Shown piece after piece: positions 1 through 9,745 of a stretch of DNA of 64,000 bases. Position 1 is the first letter of the stretch; every line of letters begins with the position of its first letter. Source of the DNA: Candidatus Thorarchaeota archaeon (lineage in GTDB: Archaea; Asgardarchaeota; Thorarchaeia; Thorarchaeales; Thorarchaeaceae); NCBI GenBank assembly GCA_016933575.1, contig JAFGAR010000070.1, positions 1-64,000 on the forward strand. The letters run 5' to 3'. Made by a program: the position numbers and the translations under genes. A model generated the notes under the pieces. It did not search any database. It had not been told where the DNA came from and saw only the letters and a program-made list of their open reading frames with translations.

Positions 1-1
1 A

Positions 2-1402
2 TCAGCAAATCTAGTAATCGATCAGTTAGTTCTACGGATGTCTGTTGGAACGAATGGCGGCCTCACAATCCTCTTTGATGAGATGCATTTTGTCGATGGG
101 GTTCCACCAGTTATCGATAGTGTCTCAACTTTGCCAACTGTTCCGATGTACTATGATTATGTTCAGGTGAATATCTATGCTCATGATGACCGCACAGGTA
201 TCGCAGAAGTGTATGTTGACTACTACAATGGAACGGGATGGAATCGGCTCTCAACCACAGATATGGTCACCTTCTATGCAGCAGTCATTCCTTCATTACC
301 ATACAATACTTCGGTCATCTATCTTGTAACAGCTGTGGACAATGGAGGTTTGAGTTTCACTGATAGTCGCTGGTTCTCTTACACAGTTGGAGATGATGTT
401 GCTCCGACCTTGACCATCAATGAACCCTCAGATATGGCTGATGCAGAAGACTCTGTTGTCATTGTGACGAGTCCAGATGATGATGGCGGGTCTGGAATCG
501 ACTATGTGGAATTCCGTGCTGACACAACCCTCTATAGTACAGACCATACCTTCCCATATTCAGTGATCATGGATGTTGATTCGCTATCTCTGGGGACGCA
601 TATGATTAATGTCACTGCATATGATATTGCCGGGAATGCTATCTCAGATGATGTGACTATCAATGTAGTTGATACTACGACTCCCACAATTGATTCCCCT
701 GGTGATATTTCATATAGTGAAAGTACAAGTGGTCATTGGATTGCTTGGACGCCTGATGATGCTCGACCAGATAGTTACGAAGTCTTTTTGGATGGTGTTT
801 CCACCTACTCTAATACATGGAATTCGACCTCTGAAACTATCGACATTCTTCTCGATGGGCTAAGCTTAGGTGAATACAACTATACATGTGTTGTCTATGA
901 CGATCTAGGACTCTGGATTGCAGATACTGTACTTGTCACGGTAATTGATGGTACGGTACCAACATTGGATTCTCCACCAGATGTGGAATTCACTGAAGGA
1001 ACCTCGGGTCATTTGCTAACATGGCATCCAGATGATCTGCACCCTGTTTCATACAGTATAGAGGTTGATGAGGTGGAACTGCTCTCTGGTCAATGGAACT
1101 CATCGAGCGAAATAATCACCTTTTCACTTGATGCATTGACAGTAGGTAGTCATAATGTGACTTTGATAGTGACTGATATTGGTGGCAATTCTATCAGTGA
1201 TGGCGTGTCTGTTACGGTTCTAGCTGTTGTAGTCCCTACCACTACAACAACGCCGCCAACCACCACTACAACCACTATAACGACCACTCCAACTACTCCC
1301 CCTCCATCACCTGACATAATAACGATAGCGATAATCGGAGGAGTAGGTCTTATTATTGTGGTAGTAATCGCCATTGTCTTCATGAAAAAGTCCAGCAAGT
1401 AA
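2..1402 (+). CDS. Cell-surface protein with Ig-like beta-sandwich repeats, Thr/Pro linker and C-terminal TM anchor (5'-truncated by window)
   Basis: Frame is open from base 2 (SANLVIDQLVLRM...). Repeated 'D..PT.DSP.D....E...GH...W.PDD..P.SY' modules, a PTTTTTPPTTTT linker, a hydrophobic helix and a KKSSK tail. Confidence 0.8.
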   Translation, partial: SANLVIDQLVLRMSVGTNGGLTILFDEMHFVDGVPPVIDSVSTLPTVPMYYDYVQVNIYAHDDRTGIAEVYVDYYNGTGWNRLSTTDMVTFYAAVIPSLPYNTSVIYLVTAVDNGGLSFTDSRWFSYTVGDDVAPTLTINEPSDMADAEDSVVIVTSPDDDGGSGIDYVEFRADTTLYSTDHTFPYSVIMDVDSLSLGTHMINVTAYDIAGNAISDDVTINVVDTTTPTIDSPGDISYSESTSGHWIAWTPDDARPDSYEVFLDGVSTYSNTWNSTSETIDILLDGLSLGEYNYTCVVYDDLGLWIADTVLVTVIDGTVPTLDSPPDVEFTEGTSGHLLTWHPDDLHPVSYSIEVDEVELLSGQWNSSSEIITFSLDALTVGSHNVTLIVTDIGGNSISDGVSVTVLAVVVPTTTTTPPTTTTTTITTTPTTPPPSPDIITIAIIGGVGLIIVVVIAIVFMKKSSK

Positions 1403-1409
1403 ATTGAGT

Positions 1410-1446
1410 GAGGAGATGTTGAATCTCCTCTTTATTTTTATTTTCC
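1410..1446 (+). terminator. Stem-loop plus U-tract putative terminator
   Basis: GAGGAGAT-gttga-ATCTCCTC (1410-1430) followed by TTTATTTTTATTTT, just after the stop at 1402. Confidence 0.65.
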
Positions 1447-1560
1447 AAAAATGTAACAATTGAATGTAAACGTAAGATACTCTTGAACTCTCTAATATCT
1501 TGCAAAGGAACTAGAATCTTCTTCATACTAGGGCTTATTATTCATTCATTTTATTGTAGC

Positions 1561-1812
1561 TTATATTCCTACAACTGTTATTCCATCAGTGAGTTCCTTT
1601 GGATCTCTCGTTCCCCCACCTGCAAAATAGCAACAGAATGCAATCACGAATGCAATCATTGTACTGAAGATAATTGGCTCTACGAGTGGATGTCCTCCAA
1701 CATATAGATCTGATGAGCCAAAGTAGGATAAAGAAAAGACTACTATCCAGACGATAACAAAGAGTACAACGAATGATACTATACTGTACAGTCCTTCATG
1801 AAGTTTAAGCAT
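1561..1812 (-). CDS. Small two-TM membrane protein
   Basis: 83 aa with two hydrophobic segments, filling an intergenic gap. Confidence 0.55.
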   Translation of the reverse strand: MLKLHEGLYSIVSFVVLFVIVWIVVFSLSYFGSSDLYVGGHPLVEPIIFSTMIAFVIAFCCYFAGGGTRDPKELTDGITVVGI

Positions 1813-1963
1813 TTAGCATCAATACTACTATGCCTAATGATATGAAAAATCTTGGTTTGAAGAATCGATAGTATCCTCGAATAATGAAGAATAATGCATA
1901 AGGCGCAATTACAAGAATCCTTTAGAGTATTATATCAGCCATTTCCAATTGTGTGTAAAATCA

Positions 1964-2605
1964 TCATGACAAGCCCTCACTGAGATTAATAGGAATCTCT
2001 ATCGCATGAGTACAACGGTCATCGCCTTGGAGTAGCGACTCAACCAGTTTTACTTTCACTGGTTGTTCTAAGATGCCTTCCCACAACTGCTGCACCCAAC
2101 CACCGGAACAACAACAAAAGGTCGATGAGATCTCTTCAGTACTTCCCTTAACAAGACCACAATGGCAATACGCTTTTCGTCTTTCTTCTTTTGTTGTTGC
2201 TTCTCGAAAACCTCTAGGATTGTAAGGGACCTTAGTTATATGAATCCAATTTCCTATTCTTTCTGGATAATCATAGAATGAACCGCCTCCCCATGAAGTG
2301 TCTTGTTTCATCAAATCTATGAGTGCATCAATACTTCCAAGTCGCTTGAACTGAGTTCTCATTTTCATAATTCGCGTCTTTGGATAGTTGTGTGGACACG
2401 TGTCAGCCATGATTCGATATTTCATCTCGTCATCACAATTCTCATCGAGCCTCTCCATAGCAATCTTTAGCCAACTATATCGTTTCTCTTTGGATTGTTT
2501 GCTCGAATTAGTGGGAACCTTCTCCCAATCTTCAGCAATATATTTCATGGTTTTTTTCCCAAGGTGATGAGCAACACTCTCTGAAAACTTCTCAAACCAC
2601 TTCAT
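1964..2605 (-). CDS. Cys-rich V4R-like/DUF6144-like protein
   Basis: YCHC, FCCCSGGW and SLLQGDDRC motifs. ATG 2605 is preferred over the upstream TTG 2629. Confidence 0.6.
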   Translation of the reverse strand: MKWFEKFSESVAHHLGKKTMKYIAEDWEKVPTNSSKQSKEKRYSWLKIAMERLDENCDDEMKYRIMADTCPHNYPKTRIMKMRTQFKRLGSIDALIDLMKQDTSWGGGSFYDYPERIGNWIHITKVPYNPRGFREATTKEERRKAYCHCGLVKGSTEEISSTFCCCSGGWVQQLWEGILEQPVKVKLVESLLQGDDRCTHAIEIPINLSEGLS

Positions 2606-2763
2606 ATCATCAACACCATCAGATACCAAAAGAAAGATTGAATCAATATAATCTATCTTTTACTATTTACGTAAGACTTGTGACAAATCAAAATTCAGAC
2701 TTTGAATACAATTCTGTTTCTGGGAAAACCTCAAGTGTGGAATTCCTACTCCATTTCTTAGCC

Positions 2764-3405
2764 ATGACCGCAGAGAAAAGACTGGCATACTTAATCTATC
2801 TACGTAATGCGTTACTATTGATTTCCAAGGTAAATTACTCCAATTGGCAAGAGATTCAGGATGACTTTGAACATTATATGACCTCTTTAGGTCCCTGGAC
2901 CACTGATGAGATCATTGCCTTCTTTGAGGGTGAGTATGGAGAAGAATCCTCTTGGATGTTCACAAAGAATCAGATCAGAAAATTCATAGCATCCGAGGTG
3001 CACATTCTACCACCATCAGGAATGAATCTTGGTGAGTTAAAATCTAAGAGTGCGACTGCCCTATGGTTCAATGAACACATTGACAAACGCAATCTAGAGG
3101 GCTTATCTTCTTTAATGACCGAGAATCACACATTCATTGATTCTTCTAATGATGCCTTTGTAGGAAAGGAAAGGATGACCCAAGGATGGCAAGACTTTTT
3201 CACAAAATACCCCGACTACAGGAATATCTTCGAAAGAGTCGAGATAAGGAATGATATTGTTGTAATGATTGGATATTCAACATGTTCATATGCCCCTCTT
3301 GATGGTCCTGCGCTATGGAGTGCAAAGATCCGCGATGATAAGGTGGTTGAATGGCGGGTCTTTCATGATACAAAGGAGAATCGCAATAGACTCGGTGTTG
3401 AATAG
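2764..3405 (+). CDS. Protein with C-terminal SnoaL/NTF2-like domain
   Basis: FNEHID.RNLEGL..LMTENHTFID...GW..FF...PDY...IRDDKVVEWRVF pattern. The start is uncertain (2638 TTG or 2764 ATG). Confidence 0.7.
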   Translation: MTAEKRLAYLIYLRNALLLISKVNYSNWQEIQDDFEHYMTSLGPWTTDEIIAFFEGEYGEESSWMFTKNQIRKFIASEVHILPPSGMNLGELKSKSATALWFNEHIDKRNLEGLSSLMTENHTFIDSSNDAFVGKERMTQGWQDFFTKYPDYRNIFERVEIRNDIVVMIGYSTCSYAPLDGPALWSAKIRDDKVVEWRVFHDTKENRNRLGVE

Positions 3406-3412
3406 ACTGAAT

Positions 3413-4381
3413 TTACTCAGTGCAATGCTCTCCTGTTCTGACCTGATTTGATTGAATTGAGTTATTGATTCTGATGATTGATTCAGTTGCTGCTGAGGTG
3501 AAATCCATCCCAGAATATCCCCACATCTGTTCAGGATTTGGACTGTGTTTCAGGGCTTGTTGATACGCCTCTAAGGCTTCTTTCATATTCCCAAGTCTTT
3601 CGAGAGCTCGTCCCAATTGATAATACAATGAATGATTTGCAGGTTCGATTGAGAGACCCTTTCTAAATGCATCACTTGCTAAAATGCATCTTCCTTGATT
3701 AAGAACTATTAGACCAAGACTGTAATATGCATTGACATTTCGTGGATTAAGTGTGAGTGATGCTAGGAGTAGATTTTCCCCTTCTGGTTCATAGCCCTGT
3801 GCCGCTTTTGCAATTCCCAGATACATTGTAGCCTCCGCATGATATGGCTCGTGTTTGAGGACCTGATGGGCATTCAGTTCTGCAGCTCGCCATGCATGAA
3901 CTTGCACTGCTGCTCTTGCGTTCCGAAGTGCGTATTCCATCTCTCTGTCTTGGGGAACATGTTCTCTGCTGAATCGTCGCTCAAATCCTTCAAGTATCAT
4001 ATGGACAATTTCATCAAGGCCTGCAACACGAATCTCGATATACCTTGGATCTTGGTAAAATCGTAACACACGCAGTTCTAACTTCATGCCATCAGGTAGT
4101 CCTTGACAAGTGACGATCACTTCGTCCTCAGTGTTTCCATATGCTTTAGGCTCGAAACCCTTCCTATACTTAATTTCGACAATTCTGGGCTTCTCTCCAT
4201 AGTAGAAACTCACCGTATCGTACTCATATGGGACACACTCAGTTACTCTCTCTGACCAATTGTCAGTTGGTCTAAAGGATGGATCAAGTAATTGACCTCC
4301 TCGAATTGCGAATTCAACCAATATCACATATTCGCCATCAGAGGTTGAAAATGGCTGTATTCTCTCTATTTGTTCTATCAA
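3413..4381 (-). CDS. TPR-containing protein with uncharacterised N-terminal domain
   Basis: Three to four TPR motifs (AYYSLG, LYYQLGRALERLG..EALEAYQQAL...P). Confidence 0.75.
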   Translation of the reverse strand: MIEQIERIQPFSTSDGEYVILVEFAIRGGQLLDPSFRPTDNWSERVTECVPYEYDTVSFYYGEKPRIVEIKYRKGFEPKAYGNTEDEVIVTCQGLPDGMKLELRVLRFYQDPRYIEIRVAGLDEIVHMILEGFERRFSREHVPQDREMEYALRNARAAVQVHAWRAAELNAHQVLKHEPYHAEATMYLGIAKAAQGYEPEGENLLLASLTLNPRNVNAYYSLGLIVLNQGRCILASDAFRKGLSIEPANHSLYYQLGRALERLGNMKEALEAYQQALKHSPNPEQMWGYSGMDFTSAATESIIRINNSIQSNQVRTGEHCTE

Positions 4382-4514
4382 CAGAACTCATCTGATGCTA
4401 TTTATTCTGAGGGAAAAAGATTGTCCTTTTCATGATGTTGAAAACATGGTTAGAGTATTGAGAAAAACATCGGATCGATTACGTGATATTGATTTCACTG
4501 ACAGTGTTTTCTAA

Positions 4515-4561
4515 GGAAAAAGTCCGGGAAATCTCTCATGAGACCGATCATGAGAGTTCCC
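4515..4561 (-). terminator. Stem-loop plus U-tract downstream of the pseudogene
   Basis: GGGAA..CTCTCATGA / TCATGAGAG TTCCC inverted repeat (4526-4561), followed by GACTTTTTCC on the minus strand. Confidence 0.5.
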
Positions 4562-4569
4562 ATAATGTT

Positions 4570-5100
4570 CTACATAACAAACCAAGGATCTTCTTCACTT
4601 GGAGAGCTATCGCCAGTTGCCACAAATTGATATGCTAGTTGAACCATCTCAGTTTTGCTTTTCGTGGTGAATCTGAAAGGTGCCTCTATCTGTTTAATCA
4701 ATCCTCTCTCCACGAACTCCTGCATATCCACCAGTAACCAAATTTCACGATATTAGTCCTTCAGATCATAGTGTGTTATTTCGTCTTCTTTCTTGAGTAA
4801 TCTTATGAACGGTTCTATGAAGGTCTTCAGGTGTTAATCCAGATCGTTTTCCATCTTATCCAGAACATCTTTAATCAGTTCAAACGACTTCTTGGGAGCA
4901 TGGACAAACTCGGTGAAAATCGGTTTGAAGAATTCTGAATTAAACTCCGAAGCCTGAACAGTCGACTCTCATAGTCGTAACGACCCTATGAGATCTATTG
5001 GGCTTGATGATAGCTTGAGGTCTCTCACGATATGAGAAAGTGCTCGGACCGAGACCTGAACGGCATAAAGATGGTTCAATTTCAGTAACCGAGTGAAAAT
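4570..5100 (-). pseudogene. Decayed gene remnant resembling the C-terminal half of nucleotidyltransferase-associated proteins
   Basis: A single frame reads ...L*ESTVQASEFNSEFFKPIFTEFVHAPKKSFELIKDVLDKMENDLD*HLKTFIEPFIRLLKKEDEITHYDLKD*YREIWLLVDMQEFVERGLIKQIEAPFRFTTKSKTEMVQLAYQF...WFVM*, with stops at 4969-4971, 4834-4836 and 4753-4755. Confidence 0.6.
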
Positions 5101-5198
5101 TGGTTATTTCTTTTATGCATGAAATATCTGCTATTCTCTACTGAATTTTACATACCATTGGATTCTTATTCTAAATTCGCGTATGATTACTGATTAAT

Positions 5199-6017
5199 AT
5201 GTCAGCAGAGGAAACGATGGAGATTCACTCTGGCTCACCGATTTCTTTTTCGTACCTGAAGAAGTTCAATCTGTATGCTGGAGTCCTTCATCTGATAACG
5301 GGAATACTAATGCTCTTCTTGGGCTTGACCCTCGAATGGGAGCAAGATGTCTATACTATTTATTTGAATTTTGAAATCATACCTCCGGATACATTCATCG
5401 TTCAACCAACACCTACAGTACTCTTCACATTGACCAATATCGGAGTCATCCTTGCATCATTTCCATTGATGTCTGCACTAGCACATTTTCTGATAGCATA
5501 TCCTTTGAATGACAAATATGTGGCTAATCTAAAGAAAGGGATGAATCCATACCGATGGTATGAATACTCGGTTTCAAGCTCAGTGATGATTTTTCTCATC
5601 ACCTTTCTATTAGGTATCTGGGATTTATGGTCGTTAGTAATGATCGTAGTACTCAATGCACTGATGATCATGTTTGGCTATCTAATGGAAGTTCTGAATC
5701 AGTACACTGAGAAAACAAAATGGAGTCCTTTCATCATAGGATGCATTTCTGGATTCACACCTTGGGTTGTACTATTCGGTTACTTCACTGCTGCAATAAG
5801 TATGGCTGAAACCGGTCCCCCAACATTCGTGTATATTATCATCTTCATGTACTTCTTCCTCTTCAACATCTTTGCGCTAAATATGGTGCTTCAATACAAG
5901 AAAGTCAGCAAGTGGAAGGATTACCTGTATGGAGAACGGATGTATATCATACTGAGTCTGATTGCTAAGACCTTGTTAGCTTGGATAGTCTTTGCGGGAA
6001 TATTTGCTCCATTCTAG
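5199..6017 (+). CDS. heR: Heliorhodopsin
   Basis: 7-TM protein with N-terminal LKKFNLYAGVLH, SALAHF, NPYRWYEYSVSSSVM and the retinal-binding helix YLYGERMYIILSLIAKTLLAW. Confidence 0.95.
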   Translation: MSAEETMEIHSGSPISFSYLKKFNLYAGVLHLITGILMLFLGLTLEWEQDVYTIYLNFEIIPPDTFIVQPTPTVLFTLTNIGVILASFPLMSALAHFLIAYPLNDKYVANLKKGMNPYRWYEYSVSSSVMIFLITFLLGIWDLWSLVMIVVLNALMIMFGYLMEVLNQYTEKTKWSPFIIGCISGFTPWVVLFGYFTAAISMAETGPPTFVYIIIFMYFFLFNIFALNMVLQYKKVSKWKDYLYGERMYIILSLIAKTLLAWIVFAGIFAPF

Positions 6018-6049
6018 AATCATATTCGGTTCTACTTTGCAAATCAATG

Positions 6050-6097
6050 GATACCTGACTGGCTTTACTGCTTGCTCAGGTATCTAAAATCTTTCTT
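6050..6097 (+). terminator. Hairpin after heliorhodopsin
   Basis: GATACCTGA...TCAGGTATC inverted repeat (6050-6084), followed by a weak T-rich run. Confidence 0.4.
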
Positions 6098-6228
6098 ATG
6101 TCTATATAGGGAATCAACCGATAAAGACTATTGAATATCAACAAAAATAGAAGTTTGGTTACTATTCCCGAAAAAAGGGCCTGAATACCTTTCTTTTCAA
6201 TAATCTCTGACTCTGGGTCAGAGGTGTT

Positions 6229-7014
6229 TCAGAATGAGTTCTGACTCTTTGATTGATAGTAGAAAGCTTCCCAGGGTTGAGGATTATTATAACCAAGTTT
6301 TATTGCAAGTTTGACCGATGATTGATTAGCAGCGTCCCAGTGAGGTACTAGATTATTGTCTAGACCATATTCGATTAGTGCTGCAGATACTACAGTAGCG
6401 AAACCTTTCCTTCTATATTCAGGATTATTTTCTGTGTAGACTTGAACCTCAAACTCATCAATAAACGGAAAGGGAGTATATGCAACACTAACAAGCTTTT
6501 CACCATCTAAGATGCAAAATCCAATACCTTTCGCAATCAGATTCTCAGGTTTTCCGAAGAGCATTTCAATCTGCTTCTTGTACTCGTCATTGATTTGATA
6601 TATCGCACTGGTATCTAGCTTCTTAAGATTGAAATCCACTGGAAGTTCTCTCTTCAGTTTTCTAAGGTGTTCAATGTCCAGATTCTTATGACCCATATGG
6701 GTGCGTTGATTTGTGACGAGTCTTCTTCCCCATTCTTTGATGAGTAGACTCTTCCACTCATTATCTGGAACAACAAATACAGTCATTGGTGGTAGCGATC
6801 TGACCAGAGCAAGAGCATCATGAGTATCGCAATCACCTGCAAGGAAGATCATCATTGGAATCGAGTACTTTACAACGGAAGGTGTGTTTATATTGTCCAC
6901 ACTGAGGGTGCCTATCTCAGACTGAGCGCATGGAGATATAATACTCTTATAGAGTCTATGAGTTTCAAACAGGGTTTTTACTCGATTCCACTGTTTGATA
7001 TCTAGATCATGCAT
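6229..7014 (-). CDS. GNAT-family acetyltransferase (YdfB-like)
   Basis: GIGFCI, PEYRRKGFAT and PHWDAANQSSVKLAIKLGY motifs. Confidence 0.85.
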   Translation of the reverse strand: MHDLDIKQWNRVKTLFETHRLYKSIISPCAQSEIGTLSVDNINTPSVVKYSIPMMIFLAGDCDTHDALALVRSLPPMTVFVVPDNEWKSLLIKEWGRRLVTNQRTHMGHKNLDIEHLRKLKRELPVDFNLKKLDTSAIYQINDEYKKQIEMLFGKPENLIAKGIGFCILDGEKLVSVAYTPFPFIDEFEVQVYTENNPEYRRKGFATVVSAALIEYGLDNNLVPHWDAANQSSVKLAIKLGYNNPQPWEAFYYQSKSQNSF

Positions 7015-7083
7015 CGATTGACCAGCTCTCTCGGTCTTATCAGAATGCAGGCTATTTACATCCTTGGGTTGAATCAGGTTTGT

Positions 7084-7491
7084 TCATTCTTCCCATTCTA
7101 TATTCACTTTGATTGCACCTATTAGCTCCAGAAATCCTCCAAATCCACCAAGCATTGCAGACAGGACAACATTGACATCCCACCCTTCAGATAGTACTAC
7201 CAAGATAAAAGGAAATAGTGCAAAACTAGCAGCGGCTAATCCAAGCGGAAATGCAGCTGAGCCCTCTCTTGGCTTATCATAGACAAATTTGGATCTCTGA
7301 AAACTTGTTGATATTGACATATATGTTGCAGCAGTATACATTGCAGACAGTGATAAGAGAGTAGTTCCTAATAAAATAAAAGCAAAGATGCCTGTTGTTT
7401 CATAAATTACTGCAATGATGAATCCCACAAGTAGGAATAACGTTGCAATCAACAAAATCTTGCATCCAGTCGTGAAATCGTATTCTGACAA
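7084..7491 (-). CDS. Hypothetical 4-TM membrane protein
   Basis: Four hydrophobic segments, TTG start after GGAGAGG. Confidence 0.65.
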   Translation of the reverse strand: MSEYDFTTGCKILLIATLFLLVGFIIAVIYETTGIFAFILLGTTLLSLSAMYTAATYMSISTSFQRSKFVYDKPREGSAAFPLGLAAASFALFPFILVVLSEGWDVNVVLSAMLGGFGGFLELIGAIKVNIEWEE

Positions 7492-7710
7492 TGAGATCCT
7501 CTCCTGTAACTGTAGCCTATCCTGATGTTAATATATGGCAATATTTCTTCGTTTTTGTTACGATTCATTTACGAACAATCACGTGGGTGTGAATGCTTCA
7601 AAATCTATCAATTGATTTTTATGGAGTTGTAACCGAGCGAAACAGCGGCGTAATTAGGCGGGATCTCTCAAATTGGAGTGTAATTTCGCTGAATCTGCTG
7701 GTGCTGTCCA

Positions 7711-9207
7711 TTGGAGCGAAAATTGGGAATTATCAGTGTCTTCGACAAGCGAGGTATTGTAGAATTCTGCGAGAGTATTTCATCACATTTCACATTCGTA
7801 AGCACTGGAAATACTGCCAAGCTCCTTGAATCCTCAAAGATTGATGTTACGACAGTTTCCTCTCTAACTGAATTTCCTGAGATACTCGGAGGGCGAGTCA
7901 AGACTCTCCATCCTAAAATAATGGGGGGCATCCTAGGAACTCTTGCGCACAAGAAAGAACTTGAAGAATTAGGAATCACTCCATTTGGTCTTGTTGTAGT
8001 GAATCTGTATCCCTTTGAAGAGGTTACTGCTCAATCACATGATTTGACGCATGCTTTGGAGAACATCGATATCGGTGGTGTGACTCTCCTACGTGCCGCT
8101 GCAAAGAACTATCAAGAAGTAATTGTGGTTTCCTCGCCTGATGACTACAGTGCTGTGTCTACTGCAATCACTAATGGAGATGTCACACAAGAATTGAGAA
8201 AGAATCTTGCAAAGAAAGCATTCTCGCGGACAGCAAGCTATGATATAGCAATTCACTCTTGGTTCTCAGAGGGTATGGATTTCCCAGAAAGATATCTATC
8301 CTCGTATAGTACTCCACAAGACCTTCGATATGGAGAAAATCTACATCAGGAAGCTAAATACTATCTCGAGTATGGCAAGTTACCATTCTACACTCAGATC
8401 CACGGTAAGAATATTTCCTATAACAATCTGGTTGATTTTTCAGCGGCAATTAGTATACTCTCCGAACATGATGCACCATCATGTGCGGTAATCAAACATA
8501 CGAGTCCTTGTGGTTTCGCTTCAGCACCTACTATAGAAACCGCTTTCGACCATGCTTTTGCTACTGATAATCTTTCAGCTTTTGGTTCTGTGATGGGCTT
8601 TAATCAGCCTATTACTGAACCCCTCGCAGAGAAACTCCATGCAATGTTTGTTGATGCGATAATTGCTCCGGAGTATGAGCGTGAGGCTCTCGCAATTCTC
8701 TCCAAGAAATCCAAACTAATCTTGTGCAGATTTAACGAGTTCACGATGCCAAAACAATCAATTAAGCTTGTACCAAATGGTGTTCTTGTCCAATCAGCTG
8801 ATTTGCATATCATTGATAGAAGTGACACCCAGGTTGTATCAAAGAGGCAACCGACATCTCAAGAGTTCGAGGATCTACTATTTGCTTGGAAAGTTGTGAA
8901 ACACACCAAATCCAATGCTGCCGTAATTAGTAAAGGTACTCGTACACTTGGGATTGGGATGGGTCAGACCTCGAGAATAGGTGCTGTAGAACTTGCCCTA
9001 AGGCGTGCAGGGAGTCGGGCTCGGGGTAGTGTAATGGCTTCAGATGCGTTCTTTCCCTATCGTGATTCTATTGATACTGCTGTCAAAGAAGGAATATCCG
9101 CGATAATCGCCCCTGGTGGTTCAATACGAGACAATGAATCAATCCTTGCTGCTGATGAAGCTGGTATAGCCTTTGTCTGGTCGAAACTCAGAGCATTCTT
9201 GCATTGA
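7711..9207 (+). CDS. purH: Bifunctional AICAR transformylase/IMP cyclohydrolase
   Basis: ISVFDK, GGRVKTLHP, ENIDIGG, LRYGEN.HQ, SYNN..D, KH..PCG, KSNA and ASDAFFP motifs. Confidence 0.97.
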   Translation: MERKLGIISVFDKRGIVEFCESISSHFTFVSTGNTAKLLESSKIDVTTVSSLTEFPEILGGRVKTLHPKIMGGILGTLAHKKELEELGITPFGLVVVNLYPFEEVTAQSHDLTHALENIDIGGVTLLRAAAKNYQEVIVVSSPDDYSAVSTAITNGDVTQELRKNLAKKAFSRTASYDIAIHSWFSEGMDFPERYLSSYSTPQDLRYGENLHQEAKYYLEYGKLPFYTQIHGKNISYNNLVDFSAAISILSEHDAPSCAVIKHTSPCGFASAPTIETAFDHAFATDNLSAFGSVMGFNQPITEPLAEKLHAMFVDAIIAPEYEREALAILSKKSKLILCRFNEFTMPKQSIKLVPNGVLVQSADLHIIDRSDTQVVSKRQPTSQEFEDLLFAWKVVKHTKSNAAVISKGTRTLGIGMGQTSRIGAVELALRRAGSRARGSVMASDAFFPYRDSIDTAVKEGISAIIAPGGSIRDNESILAADEAGIAFVWSKLRAFLH

Positions 9208-9218
9208 TTGGAAAAACA

Positions 9219-9482
9219 CTATTCTTTCTTTGGCTTTTCATGTTCATTGTGGTAATAATTAATTTCTGCAATTCGTATTATAGGGATGACAACACGGACT
9301 TCTCCAACACCATACCTGGATTTTTCATCTTGATATGCTGCTCTCAAAAGTTCAATATAGTCTCTACCCACATTAGTTATGATGCCCCTTATCGAATTGT
9401 AATGACTATCATCATCACCTGTATCTATAATCACTTCAACTGGTGTTGCGCTTTCCATTAAATTCTGGAATTTATTCATCAT
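9219..9482 (-). CDS. Small hypothetical beta-rich protein, possibly Sm/SH3-like fold
   Basis: VEVII...IRGIITNVGRDYIEL...RVVIPIIRIAEI pattern, with GAGG upstream. Confidence 0.6.
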   Translation of the reverse strand: MMNKFQNLMESATPVEVIIDTGDDDSHYNSIRGIITNVGRDYIELLRAAYQDEKSRYGVGEVRVVIPIIRIAEINYYHNEHEKPKKE

Positions 9483-9745
9483 TGTGGATAACCTCGCTAT
9501 AATCTCAAGAGCTATTCTAACTTATAGTTTGGGCTAGGACCAGAATGCCATTGAGATATACACTCTTGATCTCTATAGACTGTTAATTTGTTTCTCATGT
9601 TATCAGGCAATTGTCAATTGCACGTTTCCGTAATATGATATTTGTACCTGCTTCTTGGAACTTTCACGGAGATTTCTAAACACTCGATTTTCGTCTCCTA
9701 TGATAGCTGGAGATATATACAGGAAGAATGTTCTCCGAGCTTGTT

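Noticed and set aside
4969-4971. Selenocysteine or read-through at the TGA in the interrupted frame
   Set aside because: The same frame also has two TAA stops, so decay is the simpler explanation
7620-7710. Possible ZMP/ZTP riboswitch upstream of purH
   Set aside because: Only a loose resemblance (GTAACCGAGCGAAACAGCGG). The closing GGGGAGC segment and the 3' GCC.CCUGGGC pseudoknot hairpin are not present.
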